Below are positions 50,126 through 60,721 of a stretch of DNA of 64,000 bases, piece after piece. Both the position numbers and the translations under genes were made by a program. Source of the stretch: an uncultured Acidobacteriota bacterium (GTDB lineage: Bacteria; Acidobacteriota; Terriglobia; UBA7540). The DNA lies in assembly GCA_963804995.1 (NCBI GenBank), contig CAWDSK010000002.1, forward strand, positions 160,001 to 224,000, written 5' to 3'. Position 1 is the stretch's first letter; every line of letters begins with the position of its first letter. The notes under the pieces were generated by a model that worked only from the letters and a program-made list of their open reading frames with translations, ran no database searches and was not told where the DNA came from.

Positions 50126-50194
50126 CCCCTCACCCGTCGCGCTCCGGCTGGTGAAAGCGCCGGCAGCGCGCCACCCTCTCCCCAAGGGCGAGGG
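50126..50194. repeat. CCCTCACCC/CCCTCTCCC-type REP-like element (no insert)
   Basis: Near-identical to 21587..21654. Confidence 0.8.
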
Positions 50195-50575
50195 CTATGA
50201 TTGCTTGTGCGCAGGGCTTCGGAGTATGCCGAGGGCTATGTAAACCCTTATGGGCCGTCGTTTCGGCTACTATCTTGTGCCCCTACGGGGCATGAAAAAC
50301 CTCCCCTTCGGTCTTGCCCCTCTGCACCCTGTTTCTGAAATCACGGATAGCAACCCTTCGGTAACGGTTGCTCACGATTTGATCAGCCGACAATCCCTGT
50401 TTTAGGCATGCTCTGAAGCGCCTTTTGTTCAAGGGGCTTGCCTGAAAAATGTCAGTTGAACTCCTCCTCAAATGGAGATATGCATTACGTGCCGAAGCGT
50501 GGCCTTTTCGGATATCGGTATCGAGCGCGCCTTCCTTCGACACGCCTCGGCGAAGCAGGTTTTCCCGGAGGACTT

Positions 50576-51748
50576 ATGCTGATCATCGAGAATGGGACCG
50601 TTTACACACCCGCCCAGGTGATTCCAGACGGAGTCGTGATAGTTGATGACGGCCACATTCAAGCTGTCGCGCGGCGGGGCGATAGAGCGATTCCTGCCGA
50701 CGCCCGAAGGATCGACGCGCGGGGCGGATCCGTGGTGCCGGGCCTGATCGATATGCACATGCATGGGCTCCATGGGCACGACATGATGGACGGGCAGGCC
50801 GCAAGTTTACAGGCCATGGCCGAGGTGTTGCCGCGGTATGGAGTCACGTCGTTCGCTCCCACGACGGTAACGGCGACGCTCGAATCCATTGAGGGCGCCT
50901 TAAAGGCCACGCAGGAGGTCCGGCAAGCCGGAACCCAAGGTGCGGAGATTCTGGGCGTGCACATCGAAGGGCCGTACCTTAGTGCACAGGAACGCGGCGC
51001 GCATCGTGTAGATTTGCTGCGCGCCCCCAACACTGAGGACTATCCGATGTTCTGGAAATACGGCGACCTTATTTGCTCCTTTACGCTGGCGCCGGAGCTG
51101 CCGGGGGCGCTCAACCTGATCCGCCAGCTCAAAGAACGCGGCATCCTGATTTCCGCCGGACACAGCATCGCGATTGACAATGAGATGGAACAGGCCGTGG
51201 CGGCGGGTGTGTCGCATGTGACGCACATGTTCGGCAATATGGGCACGTTGCGGCGCTTGAATCTGCGGCGCGTGGCGGGGCTGGTGGAATACACTTTGCT
51301 CGACGATCGTTTGACCACGGAGATTATCGGCGACGGTTTCCACATTTCACCCAGCCTGACCAAGCTCATCTTCAAACAAAAGGGGGCCGAGCACCTGGCC
51401 GTGATTACGGATGGAAGCCCACTGACGGGCCGGCCGCCTGGCACGTACCGCGTCTGGGGGATTGACGTCGTCGTGGAAGAGAAAATCGCCTTCGTGGCGG
51501 ATCGCTCCGCTTACGCCGGCACGGTTGCGACACTCGATCAGTGTTTGGCCCGGGTGATTGAAAACGCCGGCACCACATTCCAAAACGCCCTGCGCATGGT
51601 GACACTGACCCCTGCGACGATTCTGAATGTGGCCAAACGGAAGGGGAGTCTTGAAGCCGGCAAAGACGCCGACATCACAATTCTGGATAGCAAACTGACC
51701 GTGACTCAAACCGTAGTGGGCGGCAAGGAGGTTTACACCCGGGCGTAG
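50576..51748 (+). CDS. nagA: N-acetylglucosamine-6-phosphate deacetylase family
   Basis: PGLIDMHMHG, GVHIEGPYL, TLAPE, AGHS, THMF, DGFH, ITD. Confidence 0.88.
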   Translation: MLIIENGTVYTPAQVIPDGVVIVDDGHIQAVARRGDRAIPADARRIDARGGSVVPGLIDMHMHGLHGHDMMDGQAASLQAMAEVLPRYGVTSFAPTTVTATLESIEGALKATQEVRQAGTQGAEILGVHIEGPYLSAQERGAHRVDLLRAPNTEDYPMFWKYGDLICSFTLAPELPGALNLIRQLKERGILISAGHSIAIDNEMEQAVAAGVSHVTHMFGNMGTLRRLNLRRVAGLVEYTLLDDRLTTEIIGDGFHISPSLTKLIFKQKGAEHLAVITDGSPLTGRPPGTYRVWGIDVVVEEKIAFVADRSAYAGTVATLDQCLARVIENAGTTFQNALRMVTLTPATILNVAKRKGSLEAGKDADITILDSKLTVTQTVVGGKEVYTRA

Positions 51749-51775
51749 AAATATAGGAGCGAATCGAGGGGAGAG

Positions 51776-52939
51776 ATGACGGGAAAAGAACGCATGATCG
51801 CGGCACTGAAGCACCAGGAGCCTGACCGCGTGCCCATCGGCGAGATGGGGATTGATTACTCGGTCACCGAGCGCGTGTTGGGGCACGAGACGTTTTACCG
51901 CGCCAAGACCAAAGAGCGTCAAGCCATCTGGGCCGGCCGGCGCGATGAGGTGGTGGGCAGCCAGAAACGCGACCTGGTGGATCTGGTCCGGGCGCTCGAA
52001 TGGGATTTCGTCCCCGTGTTTCTGACCTATAGCGATAAGGTGGATTATCGCCCCGCGCGCTTCCTGGACGATCACACCTGGGAAGACGCCGAAGGCAACG
52101 TTTGGCAGGAGTCAGTCGAAATTGGCGATGCCATCTGTACCAAACCCCACGAAGTAACTCAAAGGGATATCGAGCGCCTTCTGACCGAACCGCTGGTCAT
52201 CGACGAGTCGCAATTTGAGTTGGTGCGTTACGTGGTGGAAAAACTGGGACAAACCCATTTCATCATTGGGCGCGGGTGGCATTCGCCGGCGAGTTGGCTG
52301 GACGGCACGTTTCCCGTGCCCGGCGAAGGCTTGAACATGCACATGGACGCCTTCGTGCTGCGCCTGGTGGATGACCCGCAATTCATCTGCGAGTTGCTGG
52401 ATGCTTATACGAAGCGCGCCTTGGAGTACGCCCGTGCCTTGATCGCAGCGGGAGTGGATGCCGTCCAGTTGAATGCCGACTATTCTTACAACGACGGCCC
52501 CTGGGTTTCTCCTTCCCAATTCCGAGAATATATCCAACCGAGGATGAAGCAGCACTGCGACGCCTTTCATCAAGCGGGAGTCTTCGTCCTGAAACACACG
52601 GATGGAAACAGCCTGCGCTTGCTCCCCATGATGATCGAGGCAGGGATGGACGCCCTGCACGGCATTCAACCCTCGTGCGGAATGGGAGTGAAGAAGCTGA
52701 AGGATATGTTTGGAGACCGGATCACGCTCTTTGGCGCCGTCGAATGCGACACGCTCGTCCAGGGTACGCTGCAGCAAGTTGAAAAAGAGGTTGTCGATTG
52801 CTTGCGGGACGGCGCGCCGGGTGGAGGGTTTGTTCTCACCTCCAGCAACTCCATTCAGGCGGGCGCAAAATTCGAGAATTACATGGCCATGCTGGAAGCA
52901 GCCAAGAAGCGCGGACGATATCCGATCGTGGGTGCATGA
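51776..52939 (+). CDS. Uroporphyrinogen-decarboxylase-fold protein
   Basis: MTGKERMIAAL.HQEPDRVP, KHTDGN, LK..FG.RITLFG, GGGFVLTSSNSI. Confidence 0.85.
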   Translation: MTGKERMIAALKHQEPDRVPIGEMGIDYSVTERVLGHETFYRAKTKERQAIWAGRRDEVVGSQKRDLVDLVRALEWDFVPVFLTYSDKVDYRPARFLDDHTWEDAEGNVWQESVEIGDAICTKPHEVTQRDIERLLTEPLVIDESQFELVRYVVEKLGQTHFIIGRGWHSPASWLDGTFPVPGEGLNMHMDAFVLRLVDDPQFICELLDAYTKRALEYARALIAAGVDAVQLNADYSYNDGPWVSPSQFREYIQPRMKQHCDAFHQAGVFVLKHTDGNSLRLLPMMIEAGMDALHGIQPSCGMGVKKLKDMFGDRITLFGAVECDTLVQGTLQQVEKEVVDCLRDGAPGGGFVLTSSNSIQAGAKFENYMAMLEAAKKRGRYPIVGA

Positions 52940-52983
52940 GGTTTAGCGGTTGGAAGAGCGGGGCTTCAGCCCGGCCGCAGATA

Positions 52984-53090
52984 ACCACCCCGGCGCTCGG
53001 CGCGCCACCCCTCCTGAATCAGGCGGGGAGTTCCTAAGAACGCTCCCCTCCTCAGATGAGGAGGGGTGGCGCTCTGAGCGCCGGGGTGGT
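52984..53090. repeat. Long palindromic element ACCACCCC...GGGGTGGT
   Basis: Homologous to 63412..63522. Confidence 0.85.
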
Positions 53091-53122
53091 GCTGACAAGG
53101 GAATAAATGGGTGGCGTCGGGA

Positions 53123-53253
53123 CCCCTCACCCGCCTGCGGGCCGAAGCTGAAGTTGTTTACTCCTCCCGGGTGCCCCTTCGGTGGGCGTAGGCCCGGCCC
53201 GCTCCGGCTGGTGAAAGCGCCGGCAGCGGGCCACCCTCTCCCCACGGAGAGGG
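53123..53253. repeat. CCCTCACCC-type REP-like element with nested 59-bp insert
   Basis: Homologous to 12669..12800. Confidence 0.8.
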
Positions 53254-53356
53254 CTAAGTAAATCTTCTTCCGGACAAGAGGGGTAGGGGTGGTTGAGATT
53301 CCCGGTGGTCCGCCTCGGGCAGAGATTAAAGACAGCGATAACTAAGGGGGTTGATC

Positions 53357-55609
53357 ATGGAAAGAAGAGCCTTTCTAAAAAATACAGTTGCGGGCGTGGG
53401 CGTTATTGCCGGATTGAAGACCGTCGACGCGACAGGTGAACCTACGGTAGAGATCGCGGCGACTACCAAGGACTTGATTGTCCCGGCGGACGGTTACGAG
53501 GCCCCCAGTTGGATGCGATACATGCGGGCCATCTATTATGAGGGCTTCACGCCTCCTATGCACCCCCACCTGGATGAGTTCGACGCCGAGCGCCTGGTCA
53601 AAGTCGTGCAGGAATTGGGCGGCGACACCCTGCGCTTTCAGCCGATCGGATTCTGGGCCTACTACCCCACGAAATCGAAGTACCCCATCCATCCGGAACT
53701 CGGCAATCGGGACTTGCTGGCGGAGACAGTGCGCGCCTGTCGCAAAGCCGGCTTGCACATATATTGTTATACGAAGTATGGCAATCCCTTCCTGCAAGCT
53801 AACTATGTGGATGAGCATCCGGAATATCTCGACTGGGTCATGCGAGGCCCGGATGGGAAGCCATCCGTGACGTTCGATAATCTCGGCTGGATGATGTCAC
53901 CGAGGGCGGATGCCACAGGTGACGCGTTTCGCCAAGCCGTTCACCAGATCATAAAAGAATACTGCACCTATGATATCGATGGCGCCTACTTCGATGCGCC
54001 GAGTGGCTTTGAGTACAGCGGGATTTGCTACTGCAATACCTGCCGGAGGAAGTTCAAGGAATATTGCGGCATGGACATGGATCGCCTGCAGAACCGCGAC
54101 GACATGGAAGCTCGCATCGCCTGGTATCAGTGGTTCGATGAGATGGAGCTGGCGGACCTGCTGGAGTTCCGGAAGGTGCTGCACGGCAATGGGAAGTTTA
54201 TGCTCTGCCACAACGGGGCCACTTGGCGCCCATACTCATTGCGTCAGCAGTATCGTATCCCCGACGGATTCATGGTCGAACATCAAGTGCAAATCTATCG
54301 CCGCTTGATGGCGGGACTGATGGGCGCGGCGATGGCTCGCCCCACCAAAAAGCTTCCGCAAATGTACATGGGGGGCTATTGCCTGTCGGATTTCGAGCAG
54401 CCGCCGCAAAGCAATCCCTGGCCGCTTGAAAATACCAGCGAAGAGGACGGCGACGAAGTCCTGATGGAAGGCATCGCGAACCTGGCCTGCGGCGCCGCTC
54501 CCATCTACGCCACGCTCAATCGTTTGTATTACGGCCTGGGAGGCGGAAGCGCCCGGCCCGCTCAGGAAGTTTACGAGGTGATGCAGCGGGTTGAACCGCT
54601 GGTCAAAGATAGTGTGGCGGTTCCCTATGTCTCGGTGGTGCCCTCCTGGGAGGCATTGCAAGTTTGGCGCACTAACCGCCAGGGCTGGAATGTGCAGATG
54701 AGTGAGGGCTTCACACTGGCCATGCTGGATGAGCATTTGAGCTTGGATGTTTGCCCGAGTACGGAGGTAACCGCAAGCTGGCTCGAGGGCCAACGCGTCA
54801 TCGCCCTCTGCGGGGCTTCGGGATTGACCAACGATACGGCCAAGCTCCTTACGGACTGGGTCGAGCGAGGCGGAGGATTGCTTGCCACTTACGACACGGG
54901 CCTCTACGACGAGAACGCCAAGGTGCGGCAGGGCGGGGCTCTGAAAGAAGTCCTGGGAGTTAATTTCAAGGGTGAGGCGCTCCCCACCGAGCCGGAGTGC
55001 TATTACCGCATCAAGGAAACGCACCCGGCGCTGGGGGAATATCATTCCGGGGCGGTCGTGAAGGGTGATGGACGCCTGTTGCCGGTCGAGGCCGTGGGGA
55101 GCGCGAAAGTGTTGGCCGACTGTTGGAATCTGGGCACCAAGGAGTCCCGCGGCCCGGCGATTGTCGTGAATACTTTCGGCAAGGGCCGGACTGTTTACAT
55201 CAGCGGCAGCTTGGAAGCGCATTACACATCCAGCCGAGTGCCTTCGCACCGCCACATCCTTGCCTCCGCCGTTCGCTACCTGGCGGGAGACGCGCCGGCG
55301 CCGTTTACGATTAGCGCTCCGCGTGGCGTGTATGGCGTATTACGGCGCGCGCCGAATGCGGACTTGACGCTTTGGCTCCTCGCCAATGTGGGATTCAAGG
55401 ACGCTGACATCGGACGCATGCGGCAGGAATTCATGCCCGTGTCGAATGTGGAAGTCCGGATGCTGATTCCTGAGGGGCGGCGCGTGAAGGCGGTGCATCT
55501 GGTGCGCTCTCGACGTGAGGCGCCCTTCACGCTCGTGGATGGCTACGCGGTGGTGACGATTCCTGCCGTCCACGTTGCCGAGATTGTTCATCTGGAATTA
55601 GGGTCGTGA
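53357..55609 (+). CDS. Putative glycoside hydrolase (GHL6-like TIM barrel plus beta-galactosidase trimerisation-like domain), Tat signal
   Basis: MERRAFLK; YYPTK...HP.L..RDLL.E; YDIDG.YFD; CYC..C; GGGLLATY.TGLYDE. Confidence 0.75.
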   Translation: MERRAFLKNTVAGVGVIAGLKTVDATGEPTVEIAATTKDLIVPADGYEAPSWMRYMRAIYYEGFTPPMHPHLDEFDAERLVKVVQELGGDTLRFQPIGFWAYYPTKSKYPIHPELGNRDLLAETVRACRKAGLHIYCYTKYGNPFLQANYVDEHPEYLDWVMRGPDGKPSVTFDNLGWMMSPRADATGDAFRQAVHQIIKEYCTYDIDGAYFDAPSGFEYSGICYCNTCRRKFKEYCGMDMDRLQNRDDMEARIAWYQWFDEMELADLLEFRKVLHGNGKFMLCHNGATWRPYSLRQQYRIPDGFMVEHQVQIYRRLMAGLMGAAMARPTKKLPQMYMGGYCLSDFEQPPQSNPWPLENTSEEDGDEVLMEGIANLACGAAPIYATLNRLYYGLGGGSARPAQEVYEVMQRVEPLVKDSVAVPYVSVVPSWEALQVWRTNRQGWNVQMSEGFTLAMLDEHLSLDVCPSTEVTASWLEGQRVIALCGASGLTNDTAKLLTDWVERGGGLLATYDTGLYDENAKVRQGGALKEVLGVNFKGEALPTEPECYYRIKETHPALGEYHSGAVVKGDGRLLPVEAVGSAKVLADCWNLGTKESRGPAIVVNTFGKGRTVYISGSLEAHYTSSRVPSHRHILASAVRYLAGDAPAPFTISAPRGVYGVLRRAPNADLTLWLLANVGFKDADIGRMRQEFMPVSNVEVRMLIPEGRRVKAVHLVRSRREAPFTLVDGYAVVTIPAVHVAEIVHLELGS

Positions 55610-55613
55610 CGCG

Positions 55614-56858
55614 ATGACTGACCAGCCTCCCAGGTCTGCGAAATCCCTTTCAGGATTCACGTGGGGGATTTGCGTGCTGCTGTTTGTGGGCACGCTCCTG
55701 AACTATCTTGACCGGCAGGTGATGGCGCTCACCGCGGACAAGATCATTGCCGATTTCCACCTGAGCAAAGAGGACCTGGGAGGAATTATCGCCGCCTTCC
55801 GCTACGCGTATGGAATTGGGCATCTGGTGGGCGGCTTTCTGATTGATGCTTACGGACCCCGGTTCGTTTACCCCTCGGCGGGAGCGCTGTGGTCGCTGGG
55901 CGGCATGCTGATGGGCTTTGCCACCACGGCCGGGCTGTTGCGAGGCTTTAACGCCACGCTGGGGGCGGGCGAGGCTTTCAACTTTCCCAGCGCGCTCAAA
56001 GCCACCGCCGCGCTGGTGCCACCGGAAGAACGGCCCTTGGCCAACGGCATCTTCAACAGTGGCGCACCCATCGGGGCGCTGGTGGCCCCCATCATCATTA
56101 CAGTTCTGACCATCTATTACAGTTGGCGAGCGGCCTTTGTGGTAACGGGCGCGCTGGGCTTTTTCTGGGTGGCCGCGTGGTTGTTATACACCCGAGGGTC
56201 AGGCGAAAAGCTTAAGGGAAGCGGATTCGTCTTCAGTGAGGCAGTGCGCGTGGCACGCCACATCATATCCTTGCCGGGTTTTTGGGTGCTGGCGGTCTCC
56301 GCTATCATTATTAATAGCGTGAACTACTACCTGGCTGACTGGGTCCCGCTGTATTTGAAAACCACTCGAGGGTTCAGCTTCGCCCGCGGCAACGTGCTCT
56401 CCATTGCGGTTTATGCCGGCACGTGGCTGGGTTACATTCTGGCCGGGCTCCTCGTGCGCAAATTGATCGGGTGGGGCGTCACGATATCAGCGGCAAAGAA
56501 ATGGACCCTCTGCGTCAGTTGCGTGCTGCTGGGCTCGGCGGTGGCGGCGGGCCTTACTCCGAATCGCTATGTGGCGGTGGGCTGCCTGGCCGTGACGGGG
56601 ATGGGCATGGCCGGCTTCATGGTGATTTACCTGACCCTGGCCCAGGACCTTGACCCCGCCCACGTGGGCGCGACCTCCGGCTTGCTGGGTGGGATGGGCA
56701 ACCTGGTGTACGGTTACATGAGTCCGTACATCGGGAGACTCGCGGACATGAAAGAGTCCTTCCTCACGCTCACCCTGATCGGCTGCCTTCCCTGGCTGGC
56801 GTTTCTTGTGATCTTCTGGGGGATCAAAGAGAAGAAGACCATTGATTCCTTGCCTTGA
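55614..56858 (+). CDS. MFS transporter (ExuT/ACS-like)
   Basis: LNYLDRQ, GEAFNFP...KA.A...P.EER.LA.GIFNSG; about 12 TM segments. Confidence 0.9.
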   Translation: MTDQPPRSAKSLSGFTWGICVLLFVGTLLNYLDRQVMALTADKIIADFHLSKEDLGGIIAAFRYAYGIGHLVGGFLIDAYGPRFVYPSAGALWSLGGMLMGFATTAGLLRGFNATLGAGEAFNFPSALKATAALVPPEERPLANGIFNSGAPIGALVAPIIITVLTIYYSWRAAFVVTGALGFFWVAAWLLYTRGSGEKLKGSGFVFSEAVRVARHIISLPGFWVLAVSAIIINSVNYYLADWVPLYLKTTRGFSFARGNVLSIAVYAGTWLGYILAGLLVRKLIGWGVTISAAKKWTLCVSCVLLGSAVAAGLTPNRYVAVGCLAVTGMGMAGFMVIYLTLAQDLDPAHVGATSGLLGGMGNLVYGYMSPYIGRLADMKESFLTLTLIGCLPWLAFLVIFWGIKEKKTIDSLP

Positions 56859-56915
56859 CCCTGAGGCTGTAGTGGATTACTCTCTGTTCGCCAAATCCAA
56901 TTCCTGGGGGCCAAC

Positions 56916-58295
56916 GTGCTTCGAACTACTGTTACATTCTTGACGCTTGTTTTCCTGGTGCTCTTCCCCGGTTGTAAACAGCCGGAAGTGGCGCCTCCGC
57001 CGCCGGCTCAAGCCACCGCGCCGAAGACGCTCGCGGCGCGTGTGTTCAATTCGGGTTTCGATCTGTCGCATGACAGCTACAACGCCATCAGCCCTGCCAG
57101 TGACGGGAAGATTTACTACGTACTCTCCTCCGAATCCATTGATACGGGGGCACAGGTGTTCTCTTACGATCCCGCCACCGACAAGATCACGCACCTTGCC
57201 GACCTAACCGAAATCTGCGGGGAAAAAGGGTTGAAGGCCATCCCCCAGAACAAGTCGCACGTCGACTTCTGGGAGTCGGACGGCAAACTCTACTTTGCAA
57301 CGCACATCGGCTACTACACCATCCGCAACGGCATGGAAACCATGGGAGTGCCTCCGCCGGGATACAAGCCTTATCCGGGCGGCCACTTCGTCTCCTACGA
57401 TATGAAGACGGGGAAATTTGAGAACTACGTCATGGCGCCCCACGGCGAAGGCATCATTACGATGGGCCTGGATGGAGCGCGTGGGCGGCTTTACGGTATT
57501 ACCTGGCCGACCGGCTATTTCATCCGCTACGATTTGGCGAAGAAAGAGTTGAAGGACCTGGGCCGAACCTCTGCCATGGGAGAGAGCGTTCGCGGCCCGC
57601 AGTATCGCACCCTCTGCCGCTCGCTGGCGGTTGATCCTGCTGATGGCTCGGTTTACTTCACCACCTCTGAGGGCGACATCTTTCGCTATCGATACGATAA
57701 GGATGCCATTGAAAAGGTGGAAGGCGAGAATCTGAAGAAGGATTACTTCGGCGTTTACGATCCGGCTTCGGCAGGGAGCATGGGTTACAACTGGCGCCAA
57801 GTCGTTTGGCACGCCCCCGACAAGATGGTCTATGGAGTGCATGGTAATTCCGGCTACCTTTTCCGCTTTGACCCGAGCCTCCCGCGCGTGGAAGTGCTGG
57901 ACCGGATCACCTCGCTTCCCTCGCAGCGCAGCGGAATATTCGATGAGTTCAGTTACGGCTATCTGGGCTTTGCCCTGGGACCTGACGGTAACACGCTGCA
58001 CTACCTGACCGGCGGGCCCATCTACGTCAATGGCAAGCGCGTGGCCGGGAAGGCAACCACCGCCAAGGGAGAGTCGAAGGGTGAAGAGGACCTGCACCTG
58101 ATTACCTACGATATTCCGACCTTGAAGTATGCCGACCATGGCCCCATCTTCTTTGGTGATGGCCAGCGGCCCTCCTATGTCAATTCGATTGCCGTGGGCA
58201 AGGATGGATCGGTTTACTTCCTGTCGCGGGTTACCGAGAACGGTAAGACGCGCACAGATCTAGTGGCTGTCAAAGGCCCCTTCTTCAGCCAGTAG
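56916..58295 (+). CDS. Putative beta-propeller lipoprotein
   Basis: Signal ending FPGC; repeated DGK.YF / YDP blade-like motifs. Confidence 0.7.
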   Translation: MLRTTVTFLTLVFLVLFPGCKQPEVAPPPPAQATAPKTLAARVFNSGFDLSHDSYNAISPASDGKIYYVLSSESIDTGAQVFSYDPATDKITHLADLTEICGEKGLKAIPQNKSHVDFWESDGKLYFATHIGYYTIRNGMETMGVPPPGYKPYPGGHFVSYDMKTGKFENYVMAPHGEGIITMGLDGARGRLYGITWPTGYFIRYDLAKKELKDLGRTSAMGESVRGPQYRTLCRSLAVDPADGSVYFTTSEGDIFRYRYDKDAIEKVEGENLKKDYFGVYDPASAGSMGYNWRQVVWHAPDKMVYGVHGNSGYLFRFDPSLPRVEVLDRITSLPSQRSGIFDEFSYGYLGFALGPDGNTLHYLTGGPIYVNGKRVAGKATTAKGESKGEEDLHLITYDIPTLKYADHGPIFFGDGQRPSYVNSIAVGKDGSVYFLSRVTENGKTRTDLVAVKGPFFSQ

Positions 58296-58314
58296 AACCT
58301 CAGGAGGCGCAACA

Positions 58315-59640
58315 ATGAAGAGCAAAGGTTTCACGCGCCGTGAGTTTTTGGAGAAAACCTCTGTGGGGCTCGCCGCGGCAAGCGTGGCGCCTCGGGCCCC
58401 GGCAGTTTCCGGTAATCCCAACGCCCTGGCCTTGAAGGGCGGGACCCCGGTTCGCACCAAGCCCTTTCCCAGTTGGCCTCAGACGAAGGAGATTGACGAA
58501 GCGAATATTCTCAAGGCGTTGCGTAATCACCGCTGGTGCACTTTTGACGGAGAATTCATTCCCAAGTTTGAAAAAGCCTGGGCCGCCGATTTGGGGGTGC
58601 GCGGGGCCGTGATTACGCCTTGCGGCACGCATGCCCTCCACATGGCGTTGGAGCTTTTGGGCGTGGGCCCTGGAGATGAAGTTGTGGTGGCGCCCTTCAC
58701 CTATATCGCGACCATCCAGGCCATCCTGATGTGTCACGCGCTGCCGGTGTTCGCGGACACCGACTTGCGAACCTACCAAATCGACCCGGATGACATCGAA
58801 CATCGGATTACGGAGCATACGCGTGCGATCCTGCCAGTCCATATCAGCGGGGCGCCGCCGCACATGGACAAAATCATGGCGATTGCCGGGAAACATAATC
58901 TCCCGGTGGTGGAAGATGCCTGCCAGGCGCATGTGACGGAGTGGAAGGGGAAACGGGCGGGCACCTTCGGGGCCATCGGCTGTTTCAGTTTTCAGGAATC
59001 CAAGGTGTTGCCGGGCGGGGAGGCCGGGGCGCTGGTCAGCAATCGGCAGGACCTGATCGACCAGGCTTATATCTTCCGCGATTTTGGCTATGATCCGAAG
59101 CACAAAAGCTTTTACACCCGCGGCACCAAGTTCCGGATCTCTGACTTTGCCGCCGCTGTCCTGGTCGCGCAGATGACTCGGTATAAGGATATTTGCCTGC
59201 TTCGAGAGAAGCATTCCGCTTATCTGCGGGAAGGCGCGCGGAAAATTCCGGGGATTACCATCCAGGAGCATTATCCCGAATCGACGCGCCAAACCCATTT
59301 GGACTTTAGTTTTACCTACGACAAGAAACAATTCGCCGGCCTGGGACTGAAACGCGTCATGGATGCGCTGGACGCCGAGGGTATACCGGTAGGCAGCACC
59401 TACCCGGCGCTCAACCGCGAGCCGTTCATTGAGAACACGCTCAACTCGCGGGGCTATCGCGCCATTTATTCCCAGCAGCGCCTGGACCGATACCGCGCCC
59501 AGAATCATTGCCCCCACAATGACGAACTCTGCGCCACCAGCATGGGCATTGACCAGCATGTGCTGCTGGGCGAGAAGAGCGATGTGGACGATATCCTCAC
59601 TGCCATCGCGAAAGTTCAAAAGGGTGCTGCGACATTGTAG
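58315..59640 (+). CDS. DegT/DnrJ/EryC1/StrS aminotransferase with Tat signal
   Basis: TRREFL; GT.ALH.AL; VEDACQAH; FSFQESK (PLP Lys); GEAG. Confidence 0.9.
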   Translation: MKSKGFTRREFLEKTSVGLAAASVAPRAPAVSGNPNALALKGGTPVRTKPFPSWPQTKEIDEANILKALRNHRWCTFDGEFIPKFEKAWAADLGVRGAVITPCGTHALHMALELLGVGPGDEVVVAPFTYIATIQAILMCHALPVFADTDLRTYQIDPDDIEHRITEHTRAILPVHISGAPPHMDKIMAIAGKHNLPVVEDACQAHVTEWKGKRAGTFGAIGCFSFQESKVLPGGEAGALVSNRQDLIDQAYIFRDFGYDPKHKSFYTRGTKFRISDFAAAVLVAQMTRYKDICLLREKHSAYLREGARKIPGITIQEHYPESTRQTHLDFSFTYDKKQFAGLGLKRVMDALDAEGIPVGSTYPALNREPFIENTLNSRGYRAIYSQQRLDRYRAQNHCPHNDELCATSMGIDQHVLLGEKSDVDDILTAIAKVQKGAATL

Positions 59641-59671
59641 GGACTCGTATGGACATTCTCAGGAGGGAAAC

Positions 59672-60679
59672 ATGCAATCCTTATTGCCAAGAGTGTGTTG
59701 GAGTTTATTGGGGATCATTGCCCTGATGTTGCCCTATCCACGAAATTGTTTTCCGCAGGCGGGATCAGATAACCCGATCCGCCTGGGGATCATCGGCCTG
59801 GACACGTCTCACGTGGTTGAATTCACCCGGAGATTTAATGACCCCACTGACAAGGAGTATGTTCCCGGCGCCAAGGTGGTTGCCGCTTACAAGGGGGGCA
59901 GCCCGGACCTCGAAGACAGTTGGAGCCGGGTGGATAAGTACACGGCGGAATTGCGTGACAAGTGGAAGGTTGAAATCGTCGATGACATTCCCACTCTCTG
60001 CTCGAAGGTCGATGCGATTATGCTGGAAAGCCTGGATGGCCGGAAACACCTGGAACAGGTGAAGCCGGTTCTGGCGGCCCATAAGATCTTGTTCATCGAC
60101 AAGCCGCTGGCGGCCAATTATCAAGACGCGCGGGAAATCGCCCGGCTCGCCAAAGAAGCCGGAGTGCCCTGGTTTAGCACGTCCTCGCTGCGCTTCTGGG
60201 ATGAAACCGAGCGCCTGAAGAACACTTCCGAATCCGGCGGTATCGTCGGCTGCAGTGTTTACGGGCCTTGCGAACTCGAACCTCACCATGTGGACCTGAC
60301 CTATTACGGGATCCACGCCGTCGAAATTCTTTTCACGATCATGGGCCCCGGGTGCGAGTCCGTGAGCCGGGTGCACACGGCTGATACCGATGAAGTGGTG
60401 GGAAAGTGGAAGGATGGCCGGATCGGAACGATGCGCGGAATTCGCAAGGGTCCCTACAGCTTCGGGATCACCTTGTTCGGTCAAAAAAAGATCCTCAACT
60501 CCGAACCTCATCCCTTCAGCTATCGCCCCATGCTGGTTGAGATCGTAAAGTTCTTCCAGACCCGTGTCCCTCCGGTGAACGCGGATGAAACGCTGGAAAT
60601 GTTCGCGTTTATGGAGGCGGCTGACCTCAGCAAGAATCGCGGCGGCGCCCTGGTGCCCCTCAGCGATGTGACCAAGTAA
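59672..60679 (+). CDS. Gfo/Idh/MocA oxidoreductase with signal peptide
   Basis: AGGAGG RBS; IRLGIIGLDTSH; FIDKP; YYGIH. Confidence 0.85.
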   Translation: MQSLLPRVCWSLLGIIALMLPYPRNCFPQAGSDNPIRLGIIGLDTSHVVEFTRRFNDPTDKEYVPGAKVVAAYKGGSPDLEDSWSRVDKYTAELRDKWKVEIVDDIPTLCSKVDAIMLESLDGRKHLEQVKPVLAAHKILFIDKPLAANYQDAREIARLAKEAGVPWFSTSSLRFWDETERLKNTSESGGIVGCSVYGPCELEPHHVDLTYYGIHAVEILFTIMGPGCESVSRVHTADTDEVVGKWKDGRIGTMRGIRKGPYSFGITLFGQKKILNSEPHPFSYRPMLVEIVKFFQTRVPPVNADETLEMFAFMEAADLSKNRGGALVPLSDVTK

Positions 60680-60721
60680 GTCCGCCCCCAAACGGGAAAG
60701 AAATGATGTGAGGAGGATGGT

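Noticed and set aside
49813..50194. Repeat cluster as a CRISPR array
   Set aside because: Units are alternating inverted palindromes in only two copies with irregular spacing; no cas genes
52943..53261. ORFs spanning REP clusters (also 12491..12992 and 63331..63846)
   Set aside because: Translations of palindromic repeats; the same pseudo-peptides recur at each repeat copy
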